DNA of 64,000 nt from an uncultured Alphaproteobacteria bacterium. GTDB lineage: Bacteria > Pseudomonadota > Alphaproteobacteria > Rhizobiales > Methyloligellaceae. Positions 20,199 through 31,495 of this stretch are shown here, one piece after another. The number at the start of each line of letters is the position of its first letter. Positions within the stretch are counted from its first letter, which is position 1. The translations under genes and the position numbers were made by a program. The stretch lies in contig CAWFYQ010000009.1 in NCBI GenBank assembly GCA_963820005.1, forward strand, positions 19,063 through 83,062, in the 5' to 3' direction. The notes beneath the pieces are model-generated. The model did not search any database. It saw only the letters and a list, made by a program, of their open reading frames with translations, and was not told the DNA's origin.

Positions 20199-21188
20199 TT
20201 ATTGTACGCTGGTCAGGACGTTGGTCAGCAGCTCCTCCTCCTTGGCCGCTCGCGCGGGATCGCGCTGAAGAAGCGTGCTCGGCGGTGCGGAGGCTGCCGT
20301 TCCAGCACTGGCGGGCGCCGTCCACAGGCTCGCCGCCAGCGCCTCCTGCAACTCGGCCTGCCGCTTCTGCTCAACGACGCTGCGCAACATCGTATAGAAG
20401 TCGAGCGAGCTGTCCTCGAGCACCTGCATCTGCTGCACGTCGTCGAGCTTGGTGACCGGTGAGGCAATCGACCCCGCCACGGTTACGGTATTGACCGTAT
20501 TGGCGGCCTGGGTGGCGAACTGGCTGGCTGCGAGCCCCGACTGCAGCAGACCTCCGGCCGGTATGGTCGCCACGAAATCGACGGTGGTTCCGATCAGGTC
20601 GCGGACATTGGTCGGGCCGATGATCGGCACCACGAGATAGTTGCTCTGACGCATTCCCAAAACGTAGAGCGTCTGGCCGAAATCGCCGGTCTGCTTTTCC
20701 AGCTTCTGCTGGCTGGCGACGTCGAACAGACCGCCGACGCCGATCGTCGAGTTCAGCGCGAAGCGACCCGCGGTCGTCGCGGCGGCGCCCAGGCGGAGTT
20801 GGAGGACATCGTTGGCAAAGACCATGGGCTCGGCGAGATTGCCGGCGAAATTCGCCACGGATTTGCGCACGGGATCGGGCAGCGTTTCGTGATAGGCCTT
20901 GGCGACCGGATAGATGACGGCGTGATTGATCCCCTGATTGCGCTCGAACATCGCGCGATTCATTTTCTCGTAGGGGTCCGCGGTCTCGCTCGTCGCCTCG
21001 GGAAGATCGGCGACGTCGGTCGGCGCCTCGACGGGAGCGGCGGCGCTGTTCATGGACTTGGCTGGAGGCTGGGACGCGAGAAACTGGGGAGACGGCACAA
21101 CACCGCCCCCTGAGGCGCAGGCCGAAAGCCCGCACACCAGCAACAGGGCCGCAGCGCGGCTGAAGATGCTAAAGTTTGTTGCCCTCAT
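20199..21188 (-). CDS. vacJ: VacJ/MlaA family lipoprotein
   Basis: Lipobox LSAC, DPYEKMNR, NSTIGVGGLFDVA, DFGQTL and PIIGPTNVRD motifs. Confidence 0.9.
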   Translation of the reverse strand: MRATNFSIFSRAAALLLVCGLSACASGGGVVPSPQFLASQPPAKSMNSAAAPVEAPTDVADLPEATSETADPYEKMNRAMFERNQGINHAVIYPVAKAYHETLPDPVRKSVANFAGNLAEPMVFANDVLQLRLGAAATTAGRFALNSTIGVGGLFDVASQQKLEKQTGDFGQTLYVLGMRQSNYLVVPIIGPTNVRDLIGTTVDFVATIPAGGLLQSGLAASQFATQAANTVNTVTVAGSIASPVTKLDDVQQMQVLEDSSLDFYTMLRSVVEQKRQAELQEALAASLWTAPASAGTAASAPPSTLLQRDPARAAKEEELLTNVLTSVQ

Positions 21189-21235
21189 GTCCCTACCCGG
21201 CCGGCAGGCTCCCTGCGCCGAAACCAGGCTCGCTA

Positions 21236-22398
21236 ATGCTTGAGTTTATACCGAAATCGCTGATGTGGTTGTGGCCAATTTGCACTTTCTTTGTGTTTTT
21301 AGGCAGCCTCTACGCGCTGTTCGCGGCCGCCATTCTACGGCGATTTGCCAAAAATAACGTCGCCGGCCGTTCGGGCGGCTCGGCCGTCTCGATTCTCAAG
21401 CCGCTTTACGGCATGGAACCCGAACTCGAGGCCAATCTCACATCGTTCTGCCAGCAAAACTATGGCGGACACGTTCAGTTGATCTTCGGTCTTCAGGATC
21501 CGGCTGATCCCGCGGCGGAGATCGTCGAACGGCTCCGGCAGCGGTTTCCCGAACGCGAAATTATCCTCTGCGTCGATCCGACCCGGCATGGCACAAATCC
21601 GAAAATATCTAACGTAATCAATATGTCAGCTTACGTGAGCCACGACCTCATCGCACTCTCGGATAGCGATATAAGGGTCCACCCGCTCTACCTCGATCAG
21701 CGTGACCGCGACGCTCGCCGAGCCCGGTGTCGGGCTTGTGAGCTGCCTTTATCGTGGCATGCCGGCCGCCGGGATTTGGTCCCGTCTCGCGGCCGAAGCG
21801 ATCAACAGCCAGTTTCTGCCAAATGCCCTCGTCGGACTGAAGCTCGGCCTCGCCAAACCCTGCTTCGGCGCAACCATCGCCCTTCGGACCGACACATTGG
21901 CTCGAATCGGTGGATTTGCGGCTTTTGCCGACCAGCTTGCCGACGACTATGCGATCGGGATGGCGGTTCGCCGGCTCGGCCTTCGGGTGGCCATTCCGCC
22001 CATGCTGGTCAGCCACGTCTGTTACGACCGGACTTTCGCCGATCTCGTCCGGCATGAGCTCCGGGCTGCCCGCACCATCCGCAGCATCGACCCGCTGGGC
22101 TATGTTGGCCTGGTGGCGACCAATCCCACGGCTTTCGCCCTCGCCGCCATTGCGCTCGGCGGCTTCAACTTGGCCAGCCTGTCGCTCCTCTTGCTCGCCC
22201 TTGCCTCAAGGGCGATAGTCTCGATACAAGCAGGCAGGCTCTCCGATGAGCCTGCGGGGCGCGGCGCATTTTGGCTTAGCCCATTTCGCGATCTGCTAAG
22301 CTTTGTCGATCTTCCTGGCGAGCTTCTTGCCGGGGCCGTTGGTCTGGCGAGGCCGTCGCTTCGAGCTGCGCTCGGACGGAACACTGAGACCGAGCTGA
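21236..22398 (+). CDS. hpnI: Bacteriohopanetetrol glucosamine biosynthesis glycosyltransferase HpnI (GT2), two apparent +1 indels near 21700 and 22307
   Basis: VSILKPLYG, NPKISN, SDSDI, LADDY and RHELR motifs. Corrected end ...FLASFLPGPLVWRGRRFELRSDGTLRPS*. Confidence 0.88.
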
Positions 22399-22412
22399 GG
22401 GACAGGACGCCG

Positions 22413-23837
22413 ATGCGAACGCTCTTCCTGCAAGCTCCGTCTTATGACGGCTTCGACGGTGGAGCCGGCGCGCGCTATCAGGCGAAACGCGAAATCCGTT
22501 CGTTCTGGTATCCGACATGGCTCGCCCAACCGGCCGCCCTCGTTCCCAATTCAAAGCTGATCGATGCGCCGCCGCACCGGCTGAGCTTCGCCGATGTCGC
22601 GCCCTATGCGCGGCAGTATGAGCTTCTCGTCCTGCACACGTCATCGCCGTCGTTCCTCGGCGACGTGAAGACGGCCGAGGCGATGAAGGCGCTCAATCCC
22701 GATCTCAAGATCGGCTTCATCGGCGCCAAAGTCGCGGTCCAGCCCGACGATTGCTTCAAGGCGTCGGGCGCCATCGACTTCATCGCTCGCAACGAGTTCG
22801 ACTTCACCATCAAGGAAGTCGCCGACGGACGGGACCTCGGCAAGATCGCAGGCCTGTCCTATCGCAATCGCGACGGCGTCGTGGTGCACAACCCCGATCG
22901 CCAGATGCTCGAAGACATGGACTCGCTTCCGTTCGTGACGCCGGTCTACCAGCGCGACCTCACCATCGAGAATTATTTCATCGGCTATCTCCAGCACCCT
23001 TACGTGTCGTTCTATTCAGGCCGGGGCTGCAAATCGCGCTGCACCTTCTGCCTCTGGCCGCAAACCGTTGGCGGCCATCGCTACCGCGTGCGCAGCGTCG
23101 GCCATGTGATCGATGAATTGCGGTGGGCAAAGTCGGCCTTCCCGCAGGTGAAGGAATTCTTCTTCGACGACGACACGCTGACCGACAATCTGCCGCGCGT
23201 CGAGGCGCTGGCGCGAGAAATCGGCAAGCTCGGGCTGACCTGGTCCTGCAACGCCAAGGCCAATGTCCCGTATGAGACGCTGAAGGTCCTGCGCGACAAC
23301 GGCCTCAGGCTGCTGCTGGTCGGCTATGAATCCGGCAATCAGCAGATTCTCCACAACATCAAGAAGGGAATGCTGGTCGACGTCGCTCGCCGTTTCACCA
23401 AGGATTGCCACGATCTCGGCATCGTCATCCACGGCACGTTCATTCTCGGCCTGCCGGGCGAGACCAAGGAGACGATCGAGGAGACGATACGCTTCGCCAA
23501 GGAGATCAACCCGCACACCATTCAGGTGTCGCTCGCGGCGCCCTATCCGGGCACCTTCCTCTATAACCAGGCGCGGGAGAACAATTGGCTGCACGAGGAC
23601 GAGGAGCTGGTCACCGATCTCGGCACGCAGATCGCGCCGCTGTCCTACCCGCATCTCAACCATACCGAGATCTTCGATTCGGTCGAGGCGTTCTACCGAC
23701 AGTTCTATTTCCGCGCGCCCAAGATCGCCGCCATCGTCGGCGAGATGGTGCGCAGCCCCGTCATGATGAAGCGGAGGCTGCGCGAGGGCGTGGAATTCTT
23801 CCGCTTCCTGCGCGAGCGCCGCGACCTCGCCGTCTGA
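22413..23837 (+). CDS. hpnJ: Hopanoid biosynthesis radical SAM protein HpnJ
   Basis: [39 protein letters not shown] start and GCKSRCTFC (CxxxCxxC) motif. Confidence 0.95.
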   Translation: MRTLFLQAPSYDGFDGGAGARYQAKREIRSFWYPTWLAQPAALVPNSKLIDAPPHRLSFADVAPYARQYELLVLHTSSPSFLGDVKTAEAMKALNPDLKIGFIGAKVAVQPDDCFKASGAIDFIARNEFDFTIKEVADGRDLGKIAGLSYRNRDGVVVHNPDRQMLEDMDSLPFVTPVYQRDLTIENYFIGYLQHPYVSFYSGRGCKSRCTFCLWPQTVGGHRYRVRSVGHVIDELRWAKSAFPQVKEFFFDDDTLTDNLPRVEALAREIGKLGLTWSCNAKANVPYETLKVLRDNGLRLLLVGYESGNQQILHNIKKGMLVDVARRFTKDCHDLGIVIHGTFILGLPGETKETIEETIRFAKEINPHTIQVSLAAPYPGTFLYNQARENNWLHEDEELVTDLGTQIAPLSYPHLNHTEIFDSVEAFYRQFYFRAPKIAAIVGEMVRSPVMMKRRLREGVEFFRFLRERRDLAV

Positions 23838-26452
23838 TCGAAATCGCCGGCTCAGGTGTCATTTCCCGGCTTGGCGCGGCCTGTCGCGGCGGACCCATCA
23901 GGATCGGCTGGAACAGCACGGCTGCGATCAGCGTGGTGACGAGCGACAGGCTGAGCAGCTTGCCCATGCTCGATGTCCCGGGATGATTGGACAGCCACAG
24001 GCTGGCAAAAGCCGAGGCCGTGGTCAGCGCGCTGAACAGCACGGCGCGAGTGAGCGATGAGGCAAGCAGGCTGGTTTCCCCCTCCCGCCACGCCAGCACG
24101 TAATAGATCTTGAAGGCGACGCCGACGCCGAGCAGCAGCGGGAGCGCGATGATATTGGCGAAATTGAGCGGCAGACCGACCAGCACCGTCAGCTCCAAGG
24201 TCACGACCCCGGCGAGCAGCAAGGGCACCAATGTCACCAGAACGTCGCCGATCCGGCGCAAGGCCAGAAACAGCGTGATGGTGATCAGGAGCAAGGCCAA
24301 CGCGCCGGCCTGAAAAAACGCGCGCACGATGGTCTTGGCCGATTCCTGAATGAGGATCGGCGTGCCTGTCGCGTCCGGCGCGACTTGGAGCACCGCGGCG
24401 GCAAAGCGCTGCATCGTCTCGTTGTCGTTCTGGTCGCCCTTCGGCCTCACCTCGACTCGCGCCCGTCCGTCCGCGGCAACCCAGTCGCGCGTGAGGTCCT
24501 CGGGAAGATCGGCGAGAGACACGCGTTCCGGCTGGAGGCTCGCCCTGATTTGCTCGAGCCGCAGCTTCAGGCCGTTGAGCAGCGTGCTCTCGATGCTGGC
24601 GCGCCGCCCGGCGTCCGTCTCCGCCAATGCTCTCAGCGATCTTTCAATAGCGGCCCCCGAAACCCCGATGCCGTTCGTGCCGCCGGCGAGAAAGGCGTCG
24701 GCCGCCTTATTGAGCGCGACGCGCGTCTCGGCGTCGCTAGGCTGTGTCTTGACCTCCGGCGGATCGAGCGTCGGCTCGAGCAAAGCTTCGGCATCGCCGA
24801 TGATCGCGAGCTTCTCGTCCTGGTCGTCGGGCACAAAACTCCGGATCGTTACGGTGCCCGACACCTCCGGAAGCTGGTCGAGACGCCGCGCCAGCGACGC
24901 GGCCTGGTCGATATTGGGCGTCAGCACGTTGACCACGTTCGGCGTCGTCTCGGGATCTTTCACCAGGTCGAGAAGCGTTGCGACCGATTCGACTTTGGCG
25001 CTGCGCAGGTTGAGCGGGTTGAAATCGAAGCTGAGCTGTCTGAACAGCGGTAGCCCCGCGACAATAGCGAGAGCGGCGAGAACCAGGATGGGAACCCGGT
25101 GACGCGCCATGAAGCGATCGACGGGAGCAAGCCGCCGGTAGCCGACCGCCGCGGGCTCGGGCGGAGGCTTGAGCGACACGAGCAGCGCGGGCAAAAGCGT
25201 GATGCTGATGAGGAAGGCGACGATCATCCCGGTGCCCGAGATGAGGCCGAGCTCCGACACGCCGCGATAGTCGGTCGGCAGGAAAGCGTAGAACCCGGCG
25301 GCGGTTGCGGTCGCGGCAAGCGTGAGAGGCTTGGCGATCCTCGCGGCGGTCGCGGCAAGCGCGTCTTCCAGACCGCCCTTGACGTGCCGCTCCTGGCGAT
25401 AGCGCACGGCCACCTGGATGCCGAAATCGACCCCGATGCCGACAAACAGGACGGCGAAAGCGATCGATATGAGATTGAGCGCGCCGACCATGGCGAGACC
25501 CAGCGCGGCCGTCACCGCCAGCCCGACGAAGAGACTCAGCACGACGGCGAACATAAGCCGGCCCGAGCGAAGCGCGAACCACAGGATGAGCAGAACCGCC
25601 GCCACTGTGAGGATCACATTGATCAGGGCGCCGTCGGCAACCGTTCCGAACTCGTCATCGGCCATGGCCACCGGCCCGGTGATGCGCACCCGCACGCCTT
25701 TGTCTTGAGTGAGGCCAAGCTCCGCGGCCGTCTTGCGGATCGTGTCGGCAGCAGCAGCGCCCGGCTGAAGCGAACCGAAATCGAGGATCGGCTTGACGTT
25801 GACGAAGCGGCGCAGCTCGCTCGGGCGCGGCGCTTCGCCGGTCATCAGCTCGTCCCAGGAGAACGTTGCTGGACGCCCGGCAATGAGCCCGTCGATTGTG
25901 GTTGAGAGGCGGTCAAGCGGCGTCGCGAAATCGGCGGCGTCGATTTTACCCTCCTCCACACCTTTCGGGATGTAGCCGAGCGCTTGAGCGAGACCACGGA
26001 GCGTGGGATCGGCGGCGAGCGTACCGAGAAACGGCTGAGAGCGAATAAGCTGCTCGGTGGTGTGCCGGACCTCGCCGGTCGACAGGAACAACAGACCGTT
26101 GTGCTCGAAGAAGGGACCGCCCCCGATCTCGCGTCACCGCCGCGATATGTTCGCGGTCATTGGCGAGCGCGGCTGCCAATTGCTTGGCGCCGGAGTTGGC
26201 GAGCTCTGGGCTTGCGCCATCCACCACCACCAACAGCGCGTCAACCTGTTGCGGAAATGCCGCATCGAGCTGCAATTCGCGCTGGCGCCAGGGCAGGCGC
26301 GAGGAGATGAGCTGGCTGGTGTCTGTGTCGATGGCGAAATTTTCGTAGGTGAACAAAACCGCGCCAAGAGCGAGCAGCAAGTATAGGATCAGCGTCACCG
26401 CCGGACGCGCGCAGCAAATCCTGAAGATCTTGAGGACTACGGTCTCAATCAT
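23761..26452 (-). CDS. hpnN: Hopanoid transporter HpnN (MMPL/RND family), apparent indel near 26130; exact 3' end uncertain
   Basis: WRQRELQLDAAFPQ, QPFLGTLAADPTLRGL, GIGVDFGIQ and HPGTSSMGKLL motifs, with two TM bundles. Confidence 0.9.
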
Positions 26453-26775
26453 TATTCAATCGCGGGGATTCAACCAGGTTAGCGATCATTCCGATTGTTG
26501 CCGATTTCCATCAGGTTTACGTCCCTGGTTTCAGTCCAGGCGCCACGCTCGGGGAAAACTTGCGCGATCGGTGTCTATTGGCGATTGGCAAGCCGGTTCT
26601 GTCTTCCACGCGCGCACTGTGCTCTCCCGGTCTGGTTAGATTTAGCCGACCGCTCCGCAAGGACAATGGCTCACGAGGATTTCGGCACAACAGTGACACC
26701 GAACCATCTTGACCGTTCGCGGCGTTGGCGGGCTAATGCACTCACGGTTGGCAACCGGGGGTCGGGGGCCTGGTC

Positions 26776-27702
26776 ATGAAAATCATCTTGGCACAGCCAC
26801 GTGGGTTCTGTGCCGGCGTTGTGCGCGCGATCGAGATCGTCGAGCGAGCACTCGAGAGACATGGCGCGCCGGTCTATGTGCGTCACGAGATCGTGCACAA
26901 TCGGCACGTCGTCGAGAGCCTGAAGGCCAAAGGCGCGCTGTTCGTCGAAGATCTTTCCGAAGTGCCTACGGGTGCGGTGACGATATTCAGCGCGCACGGC
27001 GTATCGCGTGCGGTCGAGATGGATGCCGAGGCGCGAAGCCTGTCGGTGCTCGATGCCGTCTGCCCCCTGGTCGCCAAGGTCCACCATGAGGGCCAGCGTT
27101 ACCTCGACCAGGGCCGCATCGTGATCCTCATCGGCCATGCCGGGCATCCCGAGATCGAGGGCACGATGGGTCAGCTAAAGGGCGAGGTTCATCTCATCGA
27201 GAGCAGTCGGGACGTGGAACGGCTCGATGTTCCCGACGATGCTCCGGTCGCCTACATCACCCAAACCACGCTGAGCGTCGACGACACCCGCGCCACCATC
27301 GAAGCCGTCAAATTGCGGTTCAAGGATGTCATTGGACCCGAAACGCGCGACATTTGCTATGCCACGCAGAACCGCCAAACCGCCGTGCGGGAGCTCGCCA
27401 CGCTGGTCGATGTCATCCTGGTCGTTGGCGCCGCGAACAGCTCGAACTCGAATCGATTGCGGGAGATCGGCGAGGAAGCGGGCATCCCGAGCTATCTCGT
27501 CGCCGACGGCCGCGACATCAACAAAGAATGGTTCGACGGCAAGACCACCATCGGTCTGACCGCCGGCGCCTCGGCGCCGGAGGTTCTGGTCGACGATGTC
27601 ATTTCCACGCTGAGGCGGATCGGACCGCTTGAGGTTTCGGCGCTCTCTGGTATGGAGGAGCGGGTTTATTTCCGGCTGCCGCGCGAGCTCGCCGACGCCT
27701 GA
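26776..27702 (+). CDS. ispH: 4-hydroxy-3-methylbut-2-enyl diphosphate reductase
   Basis: [43 protein letters not shown] and TAGASAPE motifs. Confidence 0.97.
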   Translation: MKIILAQPRGFCAGVVRAIEIVERALERHGAPVYVRHEIVHNRHVVESLKAKGALFVEDLSEVPTGAVTIFSAHGVSRAVEMDAEARSLSVLDAVCPLVAKVHHEGQRYLDQGRIVILIGHAGHPEIEGTMGQLKGEVHLIESSRDVERLDVPDDAPVAYITQTTLSVDDTRATIEAVKLRFKDVIGPETRDICYATQNRQTAVRELATLVDVILVVGAANSSNSNRLREIGEEAGIPSYLVADGRDINKEWFDGKTTIGLTAGASAPEVLVDDVISTLRRIGPLEVSALSGMEERVYFRLPRELADA

Positions 27703-27750
27703 ACCAAACATACCTGTGGTCCGACCAAGACCACGTCAACGGAGCTTTGC

Positions 27751-28899
27751 ATGGGTATTCCGCTTCGGCAGGCTGTAACGATCGGGGCCTACGTGGTCGG
27801 CCAGCATTTGCGCGGCCGCAAGCGCTACCCCCTCGTGCTGATGCTGGAGCCTCTGTTCCGGTGCAACCTCGCTTGCGCCGGCTGCGGCAAGATCGACTAT
27901 CCCGACAAGATCCTGGATCAGCGCCTATCGGTCGCCGACAGCCTGCATGCGATGGACGAATGCGGCGCGCCGGTGGTGGTGCTCGCTGGCGGCGAGCCGC
28001 TCCTGCACCGGGAGTTGCCCGAGATCGTAAACGGCGCTCTCGCCAAGGGCAAATACGTCACTGTCTGCACCAACGCCTTGTTGATGGAGAAGAAGCTCGG
28101 CGAGTATCGACCCGACAGCCGTTTCAATTGGTCGGTGCATCTCGACGGCGACAAGGCGATGCACGACAAGTCGGTCTGCCGGACGGGAGTCTACGACCGG
28201 GCGGTCAAAGCCATTGGCACCGCCAAGGCAAAGGGCTTTCGCGTGAACATCAACTGCACGCTGTTCAGCGATGCCGATGCCGAGCGCGTGGCGAACTTCT
28301 TCGATAGCGTCGTTGAGCTCGATGTCGACGGCATCACGGTGTCGCCGGGTTACGCCTATGAGCGCGCGCCCGACCAGCAGCATTTCCTCAATCGCACCAA
28401 GACCAAGCAACTGTTCCGCGATATTTTCCGCCGCGGTTCCGGCCGGCGGAAATGGCCGCTGTTCCAATCGGGCCTGTTTCTGGATTTCCTTGCCGGCAAT
28501 CAGACTTATCACTGCACCCCGTGGGGAAATCCGACCAGGACCGTGTTCGGCTGGCAACGCCCCTGCTATCTGCTTGGCGAAGGCTACGCCGAAACCTTCA
28601 AGGAGCTGATGGAGGACACCAATTGGGACGCCTACGGCACCGGCAATTACGAGAAATGCGCCGACTGCATGGTGCATAGCGGTTTCGAGGCTTCAGCGGT
28701 GATGGATGCGGTGAAGCGCCCGTGGAAGGCGGCAGCGGTCGCGCTTGCGGGAATCAAGACTGACGGGCCGATGGCCCCCGACATTCCGCTCGCCGGCCAG
28801 CGTCCGGCCGAATACATGTTTTCGCAGCACGTCCAGCAGAAGCTAACCGAAATCGCCGAAGCCGAGTCCAGGCCCGAGAAGGTTGTGGCAGCGGAGTAG
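27751..28899 (+). CDS. hpnH: Adenosyl-hopene transferase HpnH (radical SAM)
   Basis: YPLVLMLEPLFRCNLACAGCGKIDYP and YEKCADCMVHSGFE motifs. Confidence 0.97.
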   Translation: MGIPLRQAVTIGAYVVGQHLRGRKRYPLVLMLEPLFRCNLACAGCGKIDYPDKILDQRLSVADSLHAMDECGAPVVVLAGGEPLLHRELPEIVNGALAKGKYVTVCTNALLMEKKLGEYRPDSRFNWSVHLDGDKAMHDKSVCRTGVYDRAVKAIGTAKAKGFRVNINCTLFSDADAERVANFFDSVVELDVDGITVSPGYAYERAPDQQHFLNRTKTKQLFRDIFRRGSGRRKWPLFQSGLFLDFLAGNQTYHCTPWGNPTRTVFGWQRPCYLLGEGYAETFKELMEDTNWDAYGTGNYEKCADCMVHSGFEASAVMDAVKRPWKAAAVALAGIKTDGPMAPDIPLAGQRPAEYMFSQHVQQKLTEIAEAESRPEKVVAAE

Positions 28900-29539
28900 C
28901 GTTGCCCTGGCGCGCGCCGTATCGACCGCCAGCCGCATCAGCGCGAGCAGTTGACCTGGATTTGCCGCGAGCGAGGCGAGCACCGCGCGAAAATCGATCG
29001 CTCCATCGTTCCGCATGCCGACAAGCGCCGCCGGTGGCAGCTGGCGCTCCGCCGGATCGGCGATCACGCGCAAGATGGCAAAGGGCAATCCGCTTTCGGC
29101 GGCGATCCGCCCGACGATGTGGCTTTCCATGTCGGCGGCGACGGCACCGCCCTCGTTCATGAAGCGCACGCTTGTCGCCGACAGCGCTCAAGGGCCGATC
29201 GACGCCGGCAATCCTCGCCATCTCCGCCCGTTCGATCGCTGTCTTCAATCGCGACGCCCACATCAGGTTGGCCGAATAGCACTTGCCGCCATGCACCACT
29301 TCGCGGCCGATGATGCAGGTTCCCGCAGCCATGTGGGGGTCGAGACCGGCGGCGAGACCGAAGCTGATGAGAGCTTCGCCTCCGTCCGCGATCGCTCGCC
29401 AAAGCTGGTCTTCGAGCTCGTCAGCGGCCCCGCCACCCGCAATGGCTCTGACGCGAGGCGAGCCCGCAACAATGCGAGCCTCGGCGCGGAGTCCCGTTGC
29501 CACGACGACAAATCCCGTGGCTCGCAGCGCCTCGCTCAC
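28843..29539 (-). CDS. hpnG: Adenosylhopane nucleosidase HpnG (phosphorylase family), apparent +1 indel near 29151
   Basis: TGLRAEARI, SFGLAAGLDP, AADMESHIV and LRVIADPA motifs. GTG start overlaps the shc stop. Confidence 0.88.
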
Positions 29540-31495
29540 ATTCCAACCAGAACGGAGCTGGTGTTGGCGGCTTTGAGATTGCGGTAGCGAGCAAGCGCCC
29601 AAAGCGGAAAGAACTTCGCGTAGCCGTGATAGCGCAGGTAAAAGACGCGCGGGAAGCCCGTGGCGGTGAAGTAAGGTTCGGCCCAGAACCCGTCGTCTCC
29701 CTGCCGTTGCAAGAGATAGGCGATGCCCTTGATGACGGAGTGATGGTCGACCTCGCCGGCTGCCATGAGAGCAAGCAGAGCCCAAGCCGTCTGCGAAGCC
29801 GTGCTCGGTGCAGGGTCATACCCCCGATAGTCAAGTCCGTAGCTGTCGCCGCCCTCGCCCCAGCCACCGTCGGAATTCTGGATGGATAAGAGCCACTGCA
29901 CGGCCTTCCGTACCTCGGGCGACGAGGGCTCGACGCGCGCCGCATTGAGAGCGCACAGCACCGACCAGGTTCCATAAATGTAGTTCATGCCCCAGCGGCC
30001 ATACCAGCTGCCGTCCTTCTCCTGGGTGCGCAGCAAATAAGCGAGCCCCTTGTCGAGCGGTTCGCTTTCGCCGGAACTGGTCCCAAGCTGGGCGAGCATC
30101 GACACGCAACGCGCCGTGACGTCGGCGGTGGGAGGATCCAGCAAAGCGCCGTGATCAGAGAAGGGAATCTGGTTCAAATAGTAATATTCGTTGTCGGCAT
30201 CGAAGGCGGCCCAGCCGCCATTCTCGCTCTGCAAGCCGACCACCCATTCCACGGCGCGATCTATCGCTGCCCCGAACCTGCCCGGCTCCGGCAGACGGGC
30301 CGTGATCCGGTCCATGGCCATGACCACGACAGCCGTATCGTCGAGATCGGGATAATGCGGATTGGCGTATTGGAAGGCCCAGCCGCCTGGGCGAACGCCC
30401 GGACGCGTCGCTGCCCAATCGCCGGCAATATCCAAGACCTGCAACGGACGCAGCCATTCGAGGCTCGTCAACGTTCGCCGCTGGCATTCCTCGCCGCCGA
30501 CCTCCTGCAAAGCGTGCGCCACGAGCGCCGTATCCCACACCGGTGACAGGCAAGGCTGGCAATAGGCCTCGTCGGTATTGACCACGAGCAATGCCTCGAT
30601 CGCGGCTCTCGCCGTGCGAACCCTTGGATCTTCAGCGCCATATCCGAGCGCGTCGAACATCAGCAGCGCATTCACCATCGCCGGAAAGATCGCGCCGAGC
30701 CCGTTCACTCCGTTCAGCCGCTCGGTGACGAAAGCGACGGCGCGCTCGATCGCCCGCTTGCGCGTCGATTTCGGAAAAAAAGGCTGCAGCACGTGCAACA
30801 CGCGATCGATGCCGCCGAAAATCTGCGCCCAGGGCCGCGTCTGATGCGCGCCCTTTGGCCAATGCCGAACGTCGTTCGGCGGCGTCACGAACAGCTCGTC
30901 GATACCGATGGCTTTGGCGTTGACCGCGCGTGGCTTCAACGCGTTCAGACACCGTCAGCGGCACGAGCACGGTGCGCGCCCAATAGGACACTTTGTCGAG
31001 ATGGAACGGAAACCAGCGCGGCAGAAGCATGATCTCGACCGGCATCACCGGCACGCCCCGCCAAGGAATTGCGCCATAGAGTGCGAGCAGATTGCGGGTG
31101 AACACGTTGCTGTTGGCCGCGCCGCCCTTGCCGAGGATGAAAGAGCGCGCGCGCGCCATATGCGGCCCATCGATCGGGTCGCCGATCATCTTCAGCGCGA
31201 AATAGGCCTTCACGCTGGCGCTGATATCGGACGTGCCGGCGTGAAACAGCGGCCAACCGCCATCGGCGGATTGAACTCGCCGGAGATAGCGCGCGATCTT
31301 CGCTTCGAGCACCGCGTCGACGGGCTCGCCGCGATAGTGGCGCATCAGCACGTATTCGGCGGGGATGGTGGCGTCTGCCTCGAGCTCGAAGATGAAATGT
31401 CCATCAGCGCGCTGCAACCCGCAAAGCGCTGTCGCCGCCTCGGCGATCGACGCGTCGAGCGCCCCGTTCGCTTCAAGTGTCACGGCCGCTCTCAT
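29536..31495 (-). CDS. shc: Squalene--hopene cyclase, apparent +1 indel near 30949
   Basis: ELEADATIPAEY, QW-type repeats, GGWAFQYANPHYPDLDDTA (DxDD motif) and TGFPRVFYLRYHGY motifs. Confidence 0.96.

Noticed and set aside
21702-23837. Apparent 711-aa HpnI-HpnJ fusion
   Set aside because: It is caused by the indel near 22307. The corrected hpnI ends at 22398, and hpnJ has its own ATG and RBS at 22413.
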